Below, one piece after another: positions 9,406 to 18,554 of a DNA stretch of 64,000 nt. Made by a program: the position numbers and the translations under genes. Numbering within the stretch: position 1 is the stretch's first letter; each line of letters opens with the position of its first letter. The stretch lies in the NCBI GenBank assembly GCA_963764785.1, contig CAVXTU010000001.1:222015-286014 (forward strand), given 5' to 3'. The stretch is from an uncultured Chloroflexia bacterium. GTDB taxonomy: Bacteria > Chloroflexota > Limnocylindria > Limnocylindrales > CSP1-4. The notes beneath the pieces are model-generated. The model saw nothing but the letters and a program-made list of their open reading frames with translations, was not told where the DNA came from and searched no databases.

Positions 9406-9438
9406 TCGTCCACGAAGTTGTCCACGACCTTGTCCACA
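9406..9438. promoter_or_regulatory. three phased DnaA-box-like 9-mers (TCGTCCACG, TTGTCCACG, TTGTCCACA)
   Basis: Direct 9-mers at 9406-9414, 9418-9426 and 9430-9438 with 12-bp spacing, in an intergenic region. The last one equals the high-GC DnaA box consensus TTGTCCACA. Confidence 0.4.
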
Positions 9439-9458
9439 ACGACCTGGGCGACCGAGGC

Positions 9459-10520
9459 TCAGGTGCTTTCACGCTGTCGAAAGACGCCCAAACCCGGCTC
9501 ATCGGTGAGCTGCCATCGGCAGGCATCATCGAGCTGGATGCCGCCGAAGGGGTCGTCAGCCAGCAACAGATTGCCGTCGAGATCGAGCCAGTCGACCTCC
9601 GACGCGACCATCGCGGCGGCGGCCACGCCAACGCTCGATTCGACCATGCAGCCGAGCATCACCTTCATGCCAAGCGCCCGGGCCCGGCGGATCATCCGCA
9701 GTGCCGGGCCGATCCCGCCGCACTTGGCCAGTTTGACCACCACGCCATCGACGACGCCCTTGAGCATCGGCAGGTCCGATTCGAAGACGGCCGATTCGTC
9801 GGCCATGATCGGCAGGCTGCTGCGCTCGCGCAGCCAGCGCAGCTCCGCGAGCTGTCGCGCCTTGAAAGGTTGCTCGATCAGCTCTACCCCCAGCCGCTCC
9901 AGCTCGGGGATCAGCGCTGCCGCCGGCTCCGGCAGCCAACCGGTGTTGGCATCAACCCGCAAGGGACCGCTGAACACGGCGCGCACCGCCTCGAGTGTCT
10001 CGATGTCGGCGGGTCCGCCCACCTTGATCTTGAGTGCCGGGAAATGCGATACGGCCCGAGCCCGCTCAGCCACCACCTCGGGCTCATCGATGCCGAGCGA
10101 ATAGTCGGTAGGCGGCAGATCCGTTGACGTGCCGAGCAGCTCCCAGATGGGCGCACCCAGCAACTTGCCGGCAGCGTCGTGGAGCGCAGTGTCCAGGCCA
10201 CCCTTGGCACCGCCGTGGTTGCCCAGGACGTCACTCATCAGGTCAGCCGATCGCTCTAGCCAGGCCAGCACCTCGGCGCGATCGCGCGGCATCGGACCGA
10301 GGGAGTCGAGAGCCTCGCAGAGCACTGGCAAGACTGCCCTGGTGGTCTCCAGCGTCTCGCCGTAGTAAGGCACCGGAATACACTCACCCAGGCCGGAGAC
10401 ACCCTCGACTTCGAGCCGCACCAGGGCCGTGTGGCTGCTGGTTGAGTCCTCGGGACGTGCGATCCGGAAGGGGACACGGAACTCCAGCCGCAGGACCTCG
10501 GTGTGCAGGGTCATGGTCAT
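9459..10520 (-). CDS. dgcA: enolase-superfamily epimerase/racemase (dipeptide-epimerase-like; N-acetyl-D-Glu racemase DgcA-like)
   Basis: 353-aa ORF with the muconate-cycloisomerase/dipeptide-epimerase layout (KIKVG..., LRVDANTGW, ELIEQP, IMADES). Overlaps the upstream DUF1611 gene by 4 nt. Confidence 0.75.
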   Translation of the reverse strand: MTMTLHTEVLRLEFRVPFRIARPEDSTSSHTALVRLEVEGVSGLGECIPVPYYGETLETTRAVLPVLCEALDSLGPMPRDRAEVLAWLERSADLMSDVLGNHGGAKGGLDTALHDAAGKLLGAPIWELLGTSTDLPPTDYSLGIDEPEVVAERARAVSHFPALKIKVGGPADIETLEAVRAVFSGPLRVDANTGWLPEPAAALIPELERLGVELIEQPFKARQLAELRWLRERSSLPIMADESAVFESDLPMLKGVVDGVVVKLAKCGGIGPALRMIRRARALGMKVMLGCMVESSVGVAAAAMVASEVDWLDLDGNLLLADDPFGGIQLDDACRWQLTDEPGLGVFRQREST

Positions 10521-11614
10521 CGGCCGTGGCTCATCACTGCCCGATCCAGGTTCACCCGAAGGCCCGCCAGGAGCGCCGCCGCGCCGAAGCGATACGGGTC
10601 ATCGGCGGGCAGCCCGGTCTCCGCGGTGACTCGCTCGATCTCCGCGAGTGCCTCCGCTTCGGAAAGCAGCGCCGTGTTGAGCGCGATGGCGGCCACCTTC
10701 GAGGGTGCCACCGCTCCGGCGGCCGACTCGTACAGCTGGATGTTCTGGGCGAGCGACCGCAACCGTGCTGGCTCCCCGTTCGCCGCCTCCCAGCCCAGGT
10801 GTCCAAGTCGGCCCGGTTGATGGACCAGCACCATCGCGTCGGGCCTGGCGCCATGGATGAGCCCAAGCGTTACCGGCGAGTAGGCCGGGTGGTCGAGCGA
10901 GCCCTGACCCTCCACGAATATCCAGTCGCCCATGCCCTCGGCCTGCTCGACCAGTCCTTCCACGGTGCCATTCAGGAAGTCGGAGATGACGCCATCGACT
11001 GCAACGCCCCAGCCTTCGATCATGATGCCGGTCTGTCCGGTAGCGACGAATACCGATGAGAGTCCGACGTGCCGGGCGGCATCGCGCAACTCGAGCGCCA
11101 CCGTCATCTTCCCGACGGCGCAGTCGGTGCCCACGGTGAGGATGACCTGGCTCCCGGGCCGATGCTCCCGACCGGTGGCCACCTCGTCACGCTGGGGGGG
11201 TCGACGATGGTCGACCAGCTGGACCCCGCGCCTGGCAGCCAGGTCCCCGAACTCCGGATCGTCACTGATGAACTCGTGGAGGCCCGACACGACGTCCAGC
11301 CCCAGGTCGATGGCGGCGATGATGGTGGATCTCCAGTCAGGCGGGATCCTGCCACCCTGCGGCGCGGTGCCGATGAGCAGCGCGGAAGGTTCGTGCGTCA
11401 TCGCCTCTGCCAGCGTGGCCACGATCGGTGCTGCGTGATCCGGGCCCATCCACTCCGCAGCGTCATGGCCAGCCCGTGTGCTGTCGATGATGACGACGAC
11501 GGGGTCGCGGCCGTAGTTGATGACCCCCATGGCCGTCTTGGAACCCGGCTCGCCGAACTGACCCTCGGCGAGGATGACGTAGCGTCGGCGGCTCTCGGCG
11601 TCCACCCGATGCAT
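10517..11614 (-). CDS. dgcN: DUF1611 family protein (D-glutamate N-acetyltransferase DgcN-like)
   Basis: 365-aa ORF with DUF1611-type sequence (LLIGTAPQGGRIPPDW, VGTDCAVGKMT, LDHPAYSPVTLGLIHG). AGGAG spacing favours GTG 11605 as an alternative start. Confidence 0.75.
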   Translation of the reverse strand: MHRVDAESRRRYVILAEGQFGEPGSKTAMGVINYGRDPVVVIIDSTRAGHDAAEWMGPDHAAPIVATLAEAMTHEPSALLIGTAPQGGRIPPDWRSTIIAAIDLGLDVVSGLHEFISDDPEFGDLAARRGVQLVDHRRPPQRDEVATGREHRPGSQVILTVGTDCAVGKMTVALELRDAARHVGLSSVFVATGQTGIMIEGWGVAVDGVISDFLNGTVEGLVEQAEGMGDWIFVEGQGSLDHPAYSPVTLGLIHGARPDAMVLVHQPGRLGHLGWEAANGEPARLRSLAQNIQLYESAAGAVAPSKVAAIALNTALLSEAEALAEIERVTAETGLPADDPYRFGAAALLAGLRVNLDRAVMSHGR

Positions 11615-11667
11615 CTCCTGGGTAGAAGGACGCCCCCGGGGCGCGGTCCGGGGGCGTAGGGATTAGC

Positions 11668-11744
11668 TGGTACCGCATACCGGATTCGAACCGGTGATCT
11701 CCGCCTTGAGAGGGCGGTGTCCTAGGCCTCTAGACGAATGCGGC
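11668..11744 (-). tRNA. tRNA-Glu (anticodon CUC), CCA encoded
   Basis: The reverse complement folds as a cloverleaf: acceptor GCCGCAT/ATGCGGT, D-arm TCTAGAGGCCTAGGA, anticodon stem CCGCC/GGCGG with loop CTCTCAA, T-arm ACCGG-TTCGAAT-CCGGT, then A-CCA. Confidence 0.9.
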
Positions 11745-11848
11745 GCGTGGAATGAGGAAAATGGTAGCACGAGGCCCGGGAACCGAGGTCACGTCCAGCT
11801 GGCCCGATCGACATCCGTCGGGGAAGGTGCCCGAGCGCCAGGACGCCG

Positions 11849-12745
11849 CTACAGGCGGTGGTGCTCCAGGAACGAACGGATGGTGTCCGCCACCTGGTCG
11901 AAGCCATGCTCACCGAGGACGACCCCGTAGTGCGAGTGGGCTCCGAAGGGCTGGTACTCGGCACCGAGCCATTCGGCCAGGCGAGCACTATCGGCCTCGG
12001 CGAACTGGCGGTCGAGCCCTGCACCGATGACCAGCATGGGCACGTCCGGCAGGAGATCGCGATCGACGTGGACACCAGCCAGCATCTGGCGCCGGGCGCC
12101 ACCGCTCTCAGCTCCCATGAGGTGCTGGATCCGACGGGCATCGGCGATGCTGAGGTCCTGATTCTGGCGCTGGATCTGTTCATGTGTCCCAGCCCAATCG
12201 ATGAGCTCGGCCTGGTAGATGGCGGGCACCAGACGGACGACATGGGAAGGCGGCACAGGGCGCAGCGGCGAGGGGATGGCGGGGCTGATGAGGATGAGGG
12301 CATCAAGCTCGCGACCTTCCGCCATCTTCAAGGCCAGCAGGCCACCCAGGCCATGACCGACCACGACAGCCGGCCGCTCCAGGGCCTCATAGCCCGCGAT
12401 GGCATCGTCCAGATAGGTCTCGAAGCTGAGCTCTTCGATGTCCGCCGTCTGCGACCAGAAGTGCGCCCGCAGATTGAGCGCGTGACCTTCCCAGCCGCGC
12501 TGGGCGAAATAGCGCAGGTAGTACTCCCACAGCCACGAACCACCAAGCTCGCCGTGGAGGTAGTACAGCGGCCGACGCCTGGAACGACGCTCCGGCAGCC
12601 ACGATTCGACATAGAGACCGCGCTCTTCGAGCACGATCTCATCCTTGCGGACCGGCTTGCCCGGCGATCGTCCGTTTTCCTTCAGGTCGGCACGTCGTCC
12701 GTTCCCGGCGAAGGCGGCTGCTCCCTTGGGGAGGTCTGGATCCAT
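11849..12745 (-). CDS. alpha/beta-hydrolase fold protein with the nucleophile Ser replaced by Gly (GHGLGG)
   Basis: ATG 12745 (MDPDLPKG...) preceded by AAGGAGAG. Has YYLHGELGG and the elbow VVVGHGLGGLLAL (ggt cat ggc ctg ggt ggc). The C-terminal His is retained (AHSHYGVV). Confidence 0.75.
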   Translation of the reverse strand: MDPDLPKGAAAFAGNGRRADLKENGRSPGKPVRKDEIVLEERGLYVESWLPERRSRRRPLYYLHGELGGSWLWEYYLRYFAQRGWEGHALNLRAHFWSQTADIEELSFETYLDDAIAGYEALERPAVVVGHGLGGLLALKMAEGRELDALILISPAIPSPLRPVPPSHVVRLVPAIYQAELIDWAGTHEQIQRQNQDLSIADARRIQHLMGAESGGARRQMLAGVHVDRDLLPDVPMLVIGAGLDRQFAEADSARLAEWLGAEYQPFGAHSHYGVVLGEHGFDQVADTIRSFLEHHRL

Positions 12746-12780
12746 CCTCTCGCTCTCTCCTTTGTGGCCTGCCCGATCCC

Positions 12781-14080
12781 CTACCATTCCAGGGGACTGA
12801 GCAGCAGCCCGGTGGGTGCCTTGGGATCGAAGTAGGTCGACTTCTGGGGCATCACCTCACCGGCCTCAGCCACCCGCGAGATGGCGGCCGGTGGCATCTC
12901 GTCGAGCAGGAAGGCCGTGGTGGCCTCGCTTCGTTCGACCTGGCCGATAGCCTCAGCGGCATCCTTGACATACCAAAGGCGTCCCTCGGCCGCCAGGCTG
13001 GTGGCACCTGCGCCGTAGACCTGTTCGATGGCAACGCTCAGGGCATTGACATCGAGTCCGCGCGAGGCATCCGAGGCGCCAGGCTCGAGCAGGCCATCGA
13101 TGGCTTCGCGCCTGACCGTCAGGAGCGCCGCCCGCCCGGTCGTGACAAGCCCGATGCGTCCGGTGCCGGTGGCGCCAGCCGCGAACGAGGCCGGCTGGCT
13201 CATGCGCGCCAGCAATACCTCGCCGTCGGCGATGTGCTCGATCGCAAAGTACGCGGCCAGCAGCTCGATCAGCGCGTCCCCACTGGGCCCTCCGGCGAGG
13301 ACTCGATGGGTGGGCAACGCGGGAGGTGACTGGTCGAGCGGGTAGACCAGGGCCAGGGCATAGTCCCAGGCCGGCTCGGCATCGGCGGGACGATCGGCCG
13401 AATGGTCCGCTCGGTACTTGAGCGCAGTCTCGTAGCGGTGGTGGCCGTCGGCGATGGTCAGCGGCAGCCGACGACAGGATCTCCAGGGCATCAGTGGCCT
13501 CGGCAGCGCCGCAGACCCAGAGCCGATGGCGAACACCGTCGCTCGTGGTCGCGGTCGCGTCGGGCTGGCGGTCGGTCAGCGCCAGCAGGGTGCTGGAGGC
13601 CGCCGCCGGGTCGGAGCCCGCCAGTAGCACCACCGGGCTGGTATTGAGCTGCGTCGTCTCGAGCAGTGCGTAGCGGTCTTCCTTGGGGCCGCCGTGGGTC
13701 CGTTCGTGGGGCAACACACCGCCACCAGGCCCGTACTCCTCGAGCTTGACCCTGGCCAGCAGCCCGGTGGCCTGTTGCTCACGGCCATCGGCATCCAGCC
13801 AGCGCATCTCATGCACGGTGACGGTGGGCTGGGCATCCTTGACCAGCACGCCAACGCGGCGCCACTCCGCTGCCGTGGCCGCGGCCGCGGCATAGTCGTC
13901 CGCTCCAGCGCTGCCAAGGTCAGCCGGCAGCTCGATGCGCACGACGTTTTGGGGATGCCGCTGCAGCAACGCCTGGCGCTCAGCTGGGCTGATGATGTCG
14001 TACGGCGGCGCGAGCACGGGGGACAGGTCGATCGAGGCCAAGGCGAACCGCAGCGCTCGAAAGGGTCGGAGGGTGGGCAC
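12781..14080 (-). CDS. DUF1015 family protein, reading frame broken near 13463-13481
   Basis: The N-terminal part (ORF 12953-14080: MPTLRPFRALRF...VLAPPYDIISP...) and C-terminal part (ORF 12781-13536: ...LPLTIADGHHRYETALKYR...) are collinear halves of DUF1015 in different frames. Confidence 0.75.
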
Positions 14081-14154
14081 GCAGGAATGGTAGCGATGAT
14101 CGGCCGATCAGGCAGTCGCGGGCTCGTCAGTAGCCTTCAGCGTACGCTTGGGCG

Positions 14155-14619
14155 GTGACATCGACCTCCCTCCGACGTGCGCTCATCCTGGCCTGCTGTG
14201 GTGTGTTCGTGTTCGCGGGTTGCTACAGCCTCGCGGAGCCATCGTTCGACCCCGGTGACCAGCGGGACGTGCTCAATTCGATCATCCGGCGTGGCATCGT
14301 GGTCACCGAGCCGCTGGCTGGCGCCACCGCCTGCGATGATCCCGACCTGGTCGGCAACTCCCTGTACCTGACGGCTCGGATGCCGGATGAGACCGAGTAC
14401 CGGGACGTCTACATCCAGACCTACCGGCTCAAGAATTGGGAGGACTCCGCCAGGGAGGTCGACGCCTGCCAGAAGGAATACGCCGCTGCCCACCCGGGCT
14501 CGGACATCAAGCGCCTGGACATCCCGACCTTCCGCGTCTTCGGCGCTGACTGGTCCGACGAGCTGACGGCGCAACTGACCAAGGCCTTCGAGGAAGCCCA
14601 GAACGCGGGCAAGGTGTGA
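14155..14619 (+). CDS. putative lipoprotein
   Basis: GTG 14155. Signal peptide with a lipobox-like VFAGC. Shares a 4-nt GTGA overlap with the downstream LuxR gene. Confidence 0.6.
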   Translation: MTSTSLRRALILACCGVFVFAGCYSLAEPSFDPGDQRDVLNSIIRRGIVVTEPLAGATACDDPDLVGNSLYLTARMPDETEYRDVYIQTYRLKNWEDSAREVDACQKEYAAAHPGSDIKRLDIPTFRVFGADWSDELTAQLTKAFEEAQNAGKV

Positions 14620-15662
14620 CATTGACACGGGGTTTCCGGTACGCCACGTCGGGAGACGGCACCAGCATCGCCTACATGCGATTTGGGTCAGGACCCACGG
14701 TGGTCGTGGTCCCGCCGGTCCCTTTCAGCAACGTCAGCGCTGAGCTCGAGGTGCCGCTCGTGCAGGACGTGTATCGATCCCTGGCCAGCCACTTCGAAGT
14801 CCTGCTCTACGACGGGAGGGGTACCGGTGCATCGCAGCGGGATGTCACCGATGTCTCGATCGCCGCACTCACGACAGACCTGGCTGCCGTCATCGACGAT
14901 GCCGGCCTCGGAGAAGTCGCCTTGCTGGCGTTGTACCTGGCGGCCGCACCGGCCCTGACCTACGCTGCCGAGCAGCCCGATCGGGTGACACATGTCGCCG
15001 TCTTTGGGGCGCTGGTGAAGGGAGCGGATGCGCACGAGCGGCCCGGAGCAGCCGCGCTCCTCGGGCTGCTCGACAAGGACTGGGAGTTGTTCACGAAGAC
15101 CGCGGCGCTCGACTGGATGGGCTGGGGTACCGGGGATGCTGGCCGACTGGTTGCCCGCGCCTTCCGCTCGGCGACCACGCCCGACATCGCCAGCGCGACA
15201 CTCTTGGCGTACGCAAGATCGGACCTTGGGCCACTCCTTGGTGACGTGGTGGCGCCAACGCTGGTGCTCCATCGCCGAGACGGGCAGCAGGTGCGGCTGG
15301 AGCAGTCGTCGGATCTGGCCGCGCGGCTGCCTGACGGCCGGCTGCACGTGCTCGACGGAGACTCAGCGACCTTGTGGTTCGATGACCCCGTGGGCACCGT
15401 CGGTGTGATCACCGAATTCATCCGGCCCGGCCGGCGTGTACCGGGTGCTTCGTCGATAGATCCGTCGAAGGCTGCGCTCACGGCCCGGGAGCTGGAGGTC
15501 CTGCGGCTCATCGCTGCCGGCGAGTCGAACCAGGCGATCGCCGACATGCTCGGATTGTCGATCCATACCGTGGAGCGCCATGCCGCCAACATCTATCGGA
15601 AGATCGACGCGCGCGGACGCGCCGACGCCACCGCGTGGGCGTTTCGGAACGTGTTGGCCTGA
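14616..15662 (+). CDS. LuxR-family transcriptional regulator with N-terminal degenerate alpha/beta-hydrolase domain
   Basis: C-terminal HTH LTARELEVLRLIAAGESNQAIADMLGLSIHTVERHAANIYRKI. The N-terminal ~270 aa have a hydrolase fold, but ALYLAA sits where GxSxG is expected. Confidence 0.8.
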   Translation: MTLTRGFRYATSGDGTSIAYMRFGSGPTVVVVPPVPFSNVSAELEVPLVQDVYRSLASHFEVLLYDGRGTGASQRDVTDVSIAALTTDLAAVIDDAGLGEVALLALYLAAAPALTYAAEQPDRVTHVAVFGALVKGADAHERPGAAALLGLLDKDWELFTKTAALDWMGWGTGDAGRLVARAFRSATTPDIASATLLAYARSDLGPLLGDVVAPTLVLHRRDGQQVRLEQSSDLAARLPDGRLHVLDGDSATLWFDDPVGTVGVITEFIRPGRRVPGASSIDPSKAALTARELEVLRLIAAGESNQAIADMLGLSIHTVERHAANIYRKIDARGRADATAWAFRNVLA

Positions 15663-15771
15663 GGGGCTCAGTGACTGACGGATCTTCGCCATACCGTCTG
15701 CATAGTCCTGGGGATGCGCGAGGCGACAAAACGCGCCTAGCCTTGTGCGACCCGATCCACACGAGGCCGCG

Positions 15772-16200
15772 ATGACCACTACTCACCCTCAAGATCCAGA
15801 CCTGCGCCGCGTTCGACGCCTGGCATTGCTCGGCGGTCCGTGGACCCGGCCGATCTCGGGGAAGCGTTGGCTACCGCTCTACGGCGTGCTCCACCACGTC
15901 GGCCGCACGACCGGACGTGAGTACCATTCGCCTGTCGTGGTCCGTTCGACCGCCACTGCCACGTACGTGCCACTTCCATTCGGTGAGCGCACCGACTGGT
16001 ACCGCAACGCTCTCGCTGCCGGCGGCGTGCGAACGACCTGGAAAGGGAGCGACCACTGGCTGGCCGATCCACGGATCATCGACCGGGACGACGCTGCTGA
16101 TGGGTTCAACCGCGCGATGCGCGGGCTGATGCGCCTGGCCAGCATCGAGTCAGTCGTGCGCTTCGACGCCATCACGCCAGAGGCGCCTGGGTCGCCCTAG
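15772..16200 (+). CDS. deazaflavin (F420)-dependent nitroreductase family protein (Ddn-like)
   Basis: Core HHVGRTTGREYHSPVVV...PFGERTDWYRNALAAGG matches the PF04075-type pattern. ATG 15772 is preferred over GTG 15745. Confidence 0.7.
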   Translation: MTTTHPQDPDLRRVRRLALLGGPWTRPISGKRWLPLYGVLHHVGRTTGREYHSPVVVRSTATATYVPLPFGERTDWYRNALAAGGVRTTWKGSDHWLADPRIIDRDDAADGFNRAMRGLMRLASIESVVRFDAITPEAPGSP

Positions 16201-16216
16201 CCGCATACTCGGGCGC

Positions 16217-17035
16217 GTGACCAGCGAACCCGACGTCAGCAGCCGGCAGAACCCACGCTTCAAGGCGGCGCTGGAGTTGCGGGATGCGCGGGAGCGCCGG
16301 GCCCGCAGGCGCATCCTGGTCGATGGCGCCAGGGAGATCGGCCGGGCCCTGGACGCCGGCGCGGTCGTGGTCGAGGCCTGGATCGCACCGGAGCGGATTC
16401 GCAGCGATGCGGCACGGGCACTGCTGCCACGCCTGGGCACGGCCGGCCCTCTGGTAGAGACGACGCCGGAACTGCTGGCACGCCTGGCCTACGGCGAGCG
16501 CGACGTCGGGATCGTCGCCGTCCTTGAGACACCGCCGTCAGGACTTGACGAACTCGTGCTGCCAGCGTCGCCGCTGATCGCGGTCGTGGAAGGGCTGGAG
16601 AAGCCAGGCAACCTTGGGGCCCTCCTGCGATCGGCCGATGGCGCCGGCGTGGACGCGGTCATCGCCGCGGACCCGGTCTCGGATATCTGGAACCCCAATG
16701 CCATCCGCGCCAGCCTGGGCACCATCTTCAGCGTCCCGCTCGCTGCCTGCAGCTCGTCGGCAGCCATCGAGTTCCTGCGGCAGCGTGACATCGACATCCT
16801 GGCGGCCCGTGTCGAAGGCGCCACCGACTACGCTGCGGCAGACCTGCGCCGGTCCGTGGCGCTCGTGGTCGGGGCGGAAGTCGCCGGCCTCACGGCGACC
16901 TGGAGCGGTGAAGGCGTGACGGCCATCAGCATCCCCATGCTGGGCGTGGCAGACAGTCTCAACGTCTCGGCCAGTGCGGCCGTGCTTTTCTACGAGGCTC
17001 GACGACAGCGACGAGCTGCCGGTCTCCGCGCCTGA
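16217..17035 (+). CDS. TrmH/SpoU-family RNA 2'-O-methyltransferase
   Basis: SpoU motifs VEGLEKPGNLGALLRSADGAG, NPNAIRASLG and IPMLGVADSLNVSASAAVLFYE. Confidence 0.8.
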   Translation: MTSEPDVSSRQNPRFKAALELRDARERRARRRILVDGAREIGRALDAGAVVVEAWIAPERIRSDAARALLPRLGTAGPLVETTPELLARLAYGERDVGIVAVLETPPSGLDELVLPASPLIAVVEGLEKPGNLGALLRSADGAGVDAVIAADPVSDIWNPNAIRASLGTIFSVPLAACSSSAAIEFLRQRDIDILAARVEGATDYAAADLRRSVALVVGAEVAGLTATWSGEGVTAISIPMLGVADSLNVSASAAVLFYEARRQRRAAGLRA

Positions 17036-17068
17036 CCCACCGGGCAGTCTCGACCGGTCGTCGCGTGG

Positions 17069-17470
17069 TCAGCCCAGTGGCTGCGTGGCCACACTGGCCA
17101 CGGCGATGGAGCGGCGGCGAGGGCCATCGAGCTCCAGGAAGATGACCCGTTGCCAGGTGCCCACATCGAGGCGGCCGTGGCTGATCGGGAGGAGCAGCTG
17201 GGTGCCGATGTAGCTGGAGATGGTGTGCGCCTGCGCGTTGCCCGGATTCCAGTGCTCGTGCTGGAAGGGTCCGTGATCCTCGATGAGGCGTGACGCTACG
17301 CGCTCATAGTCCTCGAACATCTCAGCGCCGGATTCGCCCAGGAAGATGGCCGCGGTGGTGTGCTCCGCCGACGCCAGCAGCAGACCATCCGGCCACTGGC
17401 GCGAGGTAAACAGATCAGTGATATCGAGCGCCTGCGTGTGCCGGCTGGTGGTGAGCTCGAAGCGAAGCAC
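17069..17470 (-). CDS. yjbQ: YjbQ/UPF0047 family protein (secondary thiamine-phosphate synthase)
   Basis: 133-aa ORF with the typical YjbQ core HTTAAIFLGE...NAQAHTISSYIGTQLLLPISHGRLDVGTWQRVIFLELDGPR. Confidence 0.8.
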   Translation of the reverse strand: MLRFELTTSRHTQALDITDLFTSRQWPDGLLLASAEHTTAAIFLGESGAEMFEDYERVASRLIEDHGPFQHEHWNPGNAQAHTISSYIGTQLLLPISHGRLDVGTWQRVIFLELDGPRRRSIAVASVATQPLG

Positions 17471-17474
17471 GCGC

Positions 17475-18530
17475 CTACTCGTCGCCGATGACCACGACCT
17501 GGTCCAGGTGGCGCGGCTCCTCCGGGTCGTGGCCGCGCCGGACGGCGAGCCCCAGTGCCAATGCCTGGAGGACGTACAGCACCAGGGGCAGACGCGCGAT
17601 CTGGCCGAGGTCGGCTCCTGGACCGTCGGGGCCGAGCACCCAGGTCGTGGCCCCCAGTGCCGCTGACTCGGCCACGACGCGCCGCTCTTCGGCTTCGGTC
17701 GTTCCGCCCAGCAACGCCACCACCAGCATCCCGGGCTCGCATACCGAGATGGGTCCGTGGCGGAACTCGAGTGGATGGAACGCCGCTGCCGGGACCTGGC
17801 TCGTCTCGGTCATCTTGAGCACGGCTTCGTTGGCGATGCCGTAGGCGCCGCCGCCTCCCAGCACGACGACACGGGACGGGTTCGAGAGCGCCAGTTCGAA
17901 CGCCCGCTCGACGAATGGGTCGGTCTCGGCCCAGAGGCTCGGCATGCGATCCAGGTCAGACGCGAACGTGGGGTCGCCGAGGCGGGTACCCAGCCGCATC
18001 AGCAGCGAGGTCTGTGACACGAACGAGCGAGTCATCACGATGGCCTTTTCGTCCCCCTCGGGCACTGCCAGCACGGCATCGGCCAGCCGGGCCATCGGAG
18101 AGTCCGGCCGGCACGTGATGGCCAGGGTGTGCTGACCGCGCTGCTGGGCTGCCTTGATGACTTCCAGGGCCTCGGTCGTGGAGCCTGAACGTGACACCAC
18201 CACGACCGGCTGATTGCTCATGTCCTCGGCGGCAAAGACGGCACGCGGGCGCAGCAGGACCTCCGACAGCGGGGCGGCCTCGGCCGGCAATCGGCACACG
18301 TCCCGCATGGCGTAGGCCGCCACCTGCGAGATGTACAGCGACGACCCAGCCCCGGTGACCACGATGCGTTTGGCGAAGGCGAGTCGGTCGACCTCGCTCT
18401 GGGGCGCCTCGCGCGCGACCTTCAGCGCTGCCGCGATGGCTGTGGCACCCGTGCTGGCTTCCTGCCACGCCGTGGTCCGGGCGACCAGTTCGCGAAGCTG
18501 CGCGGTGGAGGTGACATCGGTCGTGGGCAT
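17475..18530 (-). CDS. SIS-domain sugar-phosphate isomerase/deaminase (AgaS/FrlB/GlmS-C-like)
   Basis: 351-aa ORF with two SIS repeats (VVTGAGSSLYISQ..., VVLGGGGAYGIANEAVLKMTE). AGGAG lies 7 nt upstream of ATG 18530. Confidence 0.8.
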   Translation of the reverse strand: MPTTDVTSTAQLRELVARTTAWQEASTGATAIAAALKVAREAPQSEVDRLAFAKRIVVTGAGSSLYISQVAAYAMRDVCRLPAEAAPLSEVLLRPRAVFAAEDMSNQPVVVVSRSGSTTEALEVIKAAQQRGQHTLAITCRPDSPMARLADAVLAVPEGDEKAIVMTRSFVSQTSLLMRLGTRLGDPTFASDLDRMPSLWAETDPFVERAFELALSNPSRVVVLGGGGAYGIANEAVLKMTETSQVPAAAFHPLEFRHGPISVCEPGMLVVALLGGTTEAEERRVVAESAALGATTWVLGPDGPGADLGQIARLPLVLYVLQALALGLAVRRGHDPEEPRHLDQVVVIGDE

Positions 18531-18554
18531 CAGCTGACTCCTGTGGTGAGCATG

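Noticed and set aside
9219-9437. 72-aa ORF (minus strand) covering the DnaA-box-like repeats. It is also in frame with the dgcA-like gene beyond its TGA stop, raising the possibility of readthrough.
   Set aside because: Only the first ~14 codons look codon-biased, and that is because of the repeat. The rest is Gly/Arg/Pro noise. There is no support for readthrough.
9406-9438. Possibility that the DnaA-box triplet marks oriC.
   Set aside because: There are only three boxes, no AT-rich unwinding element, and no dnaA, dnaN, rpmH or parAB genes anywhere in the window.
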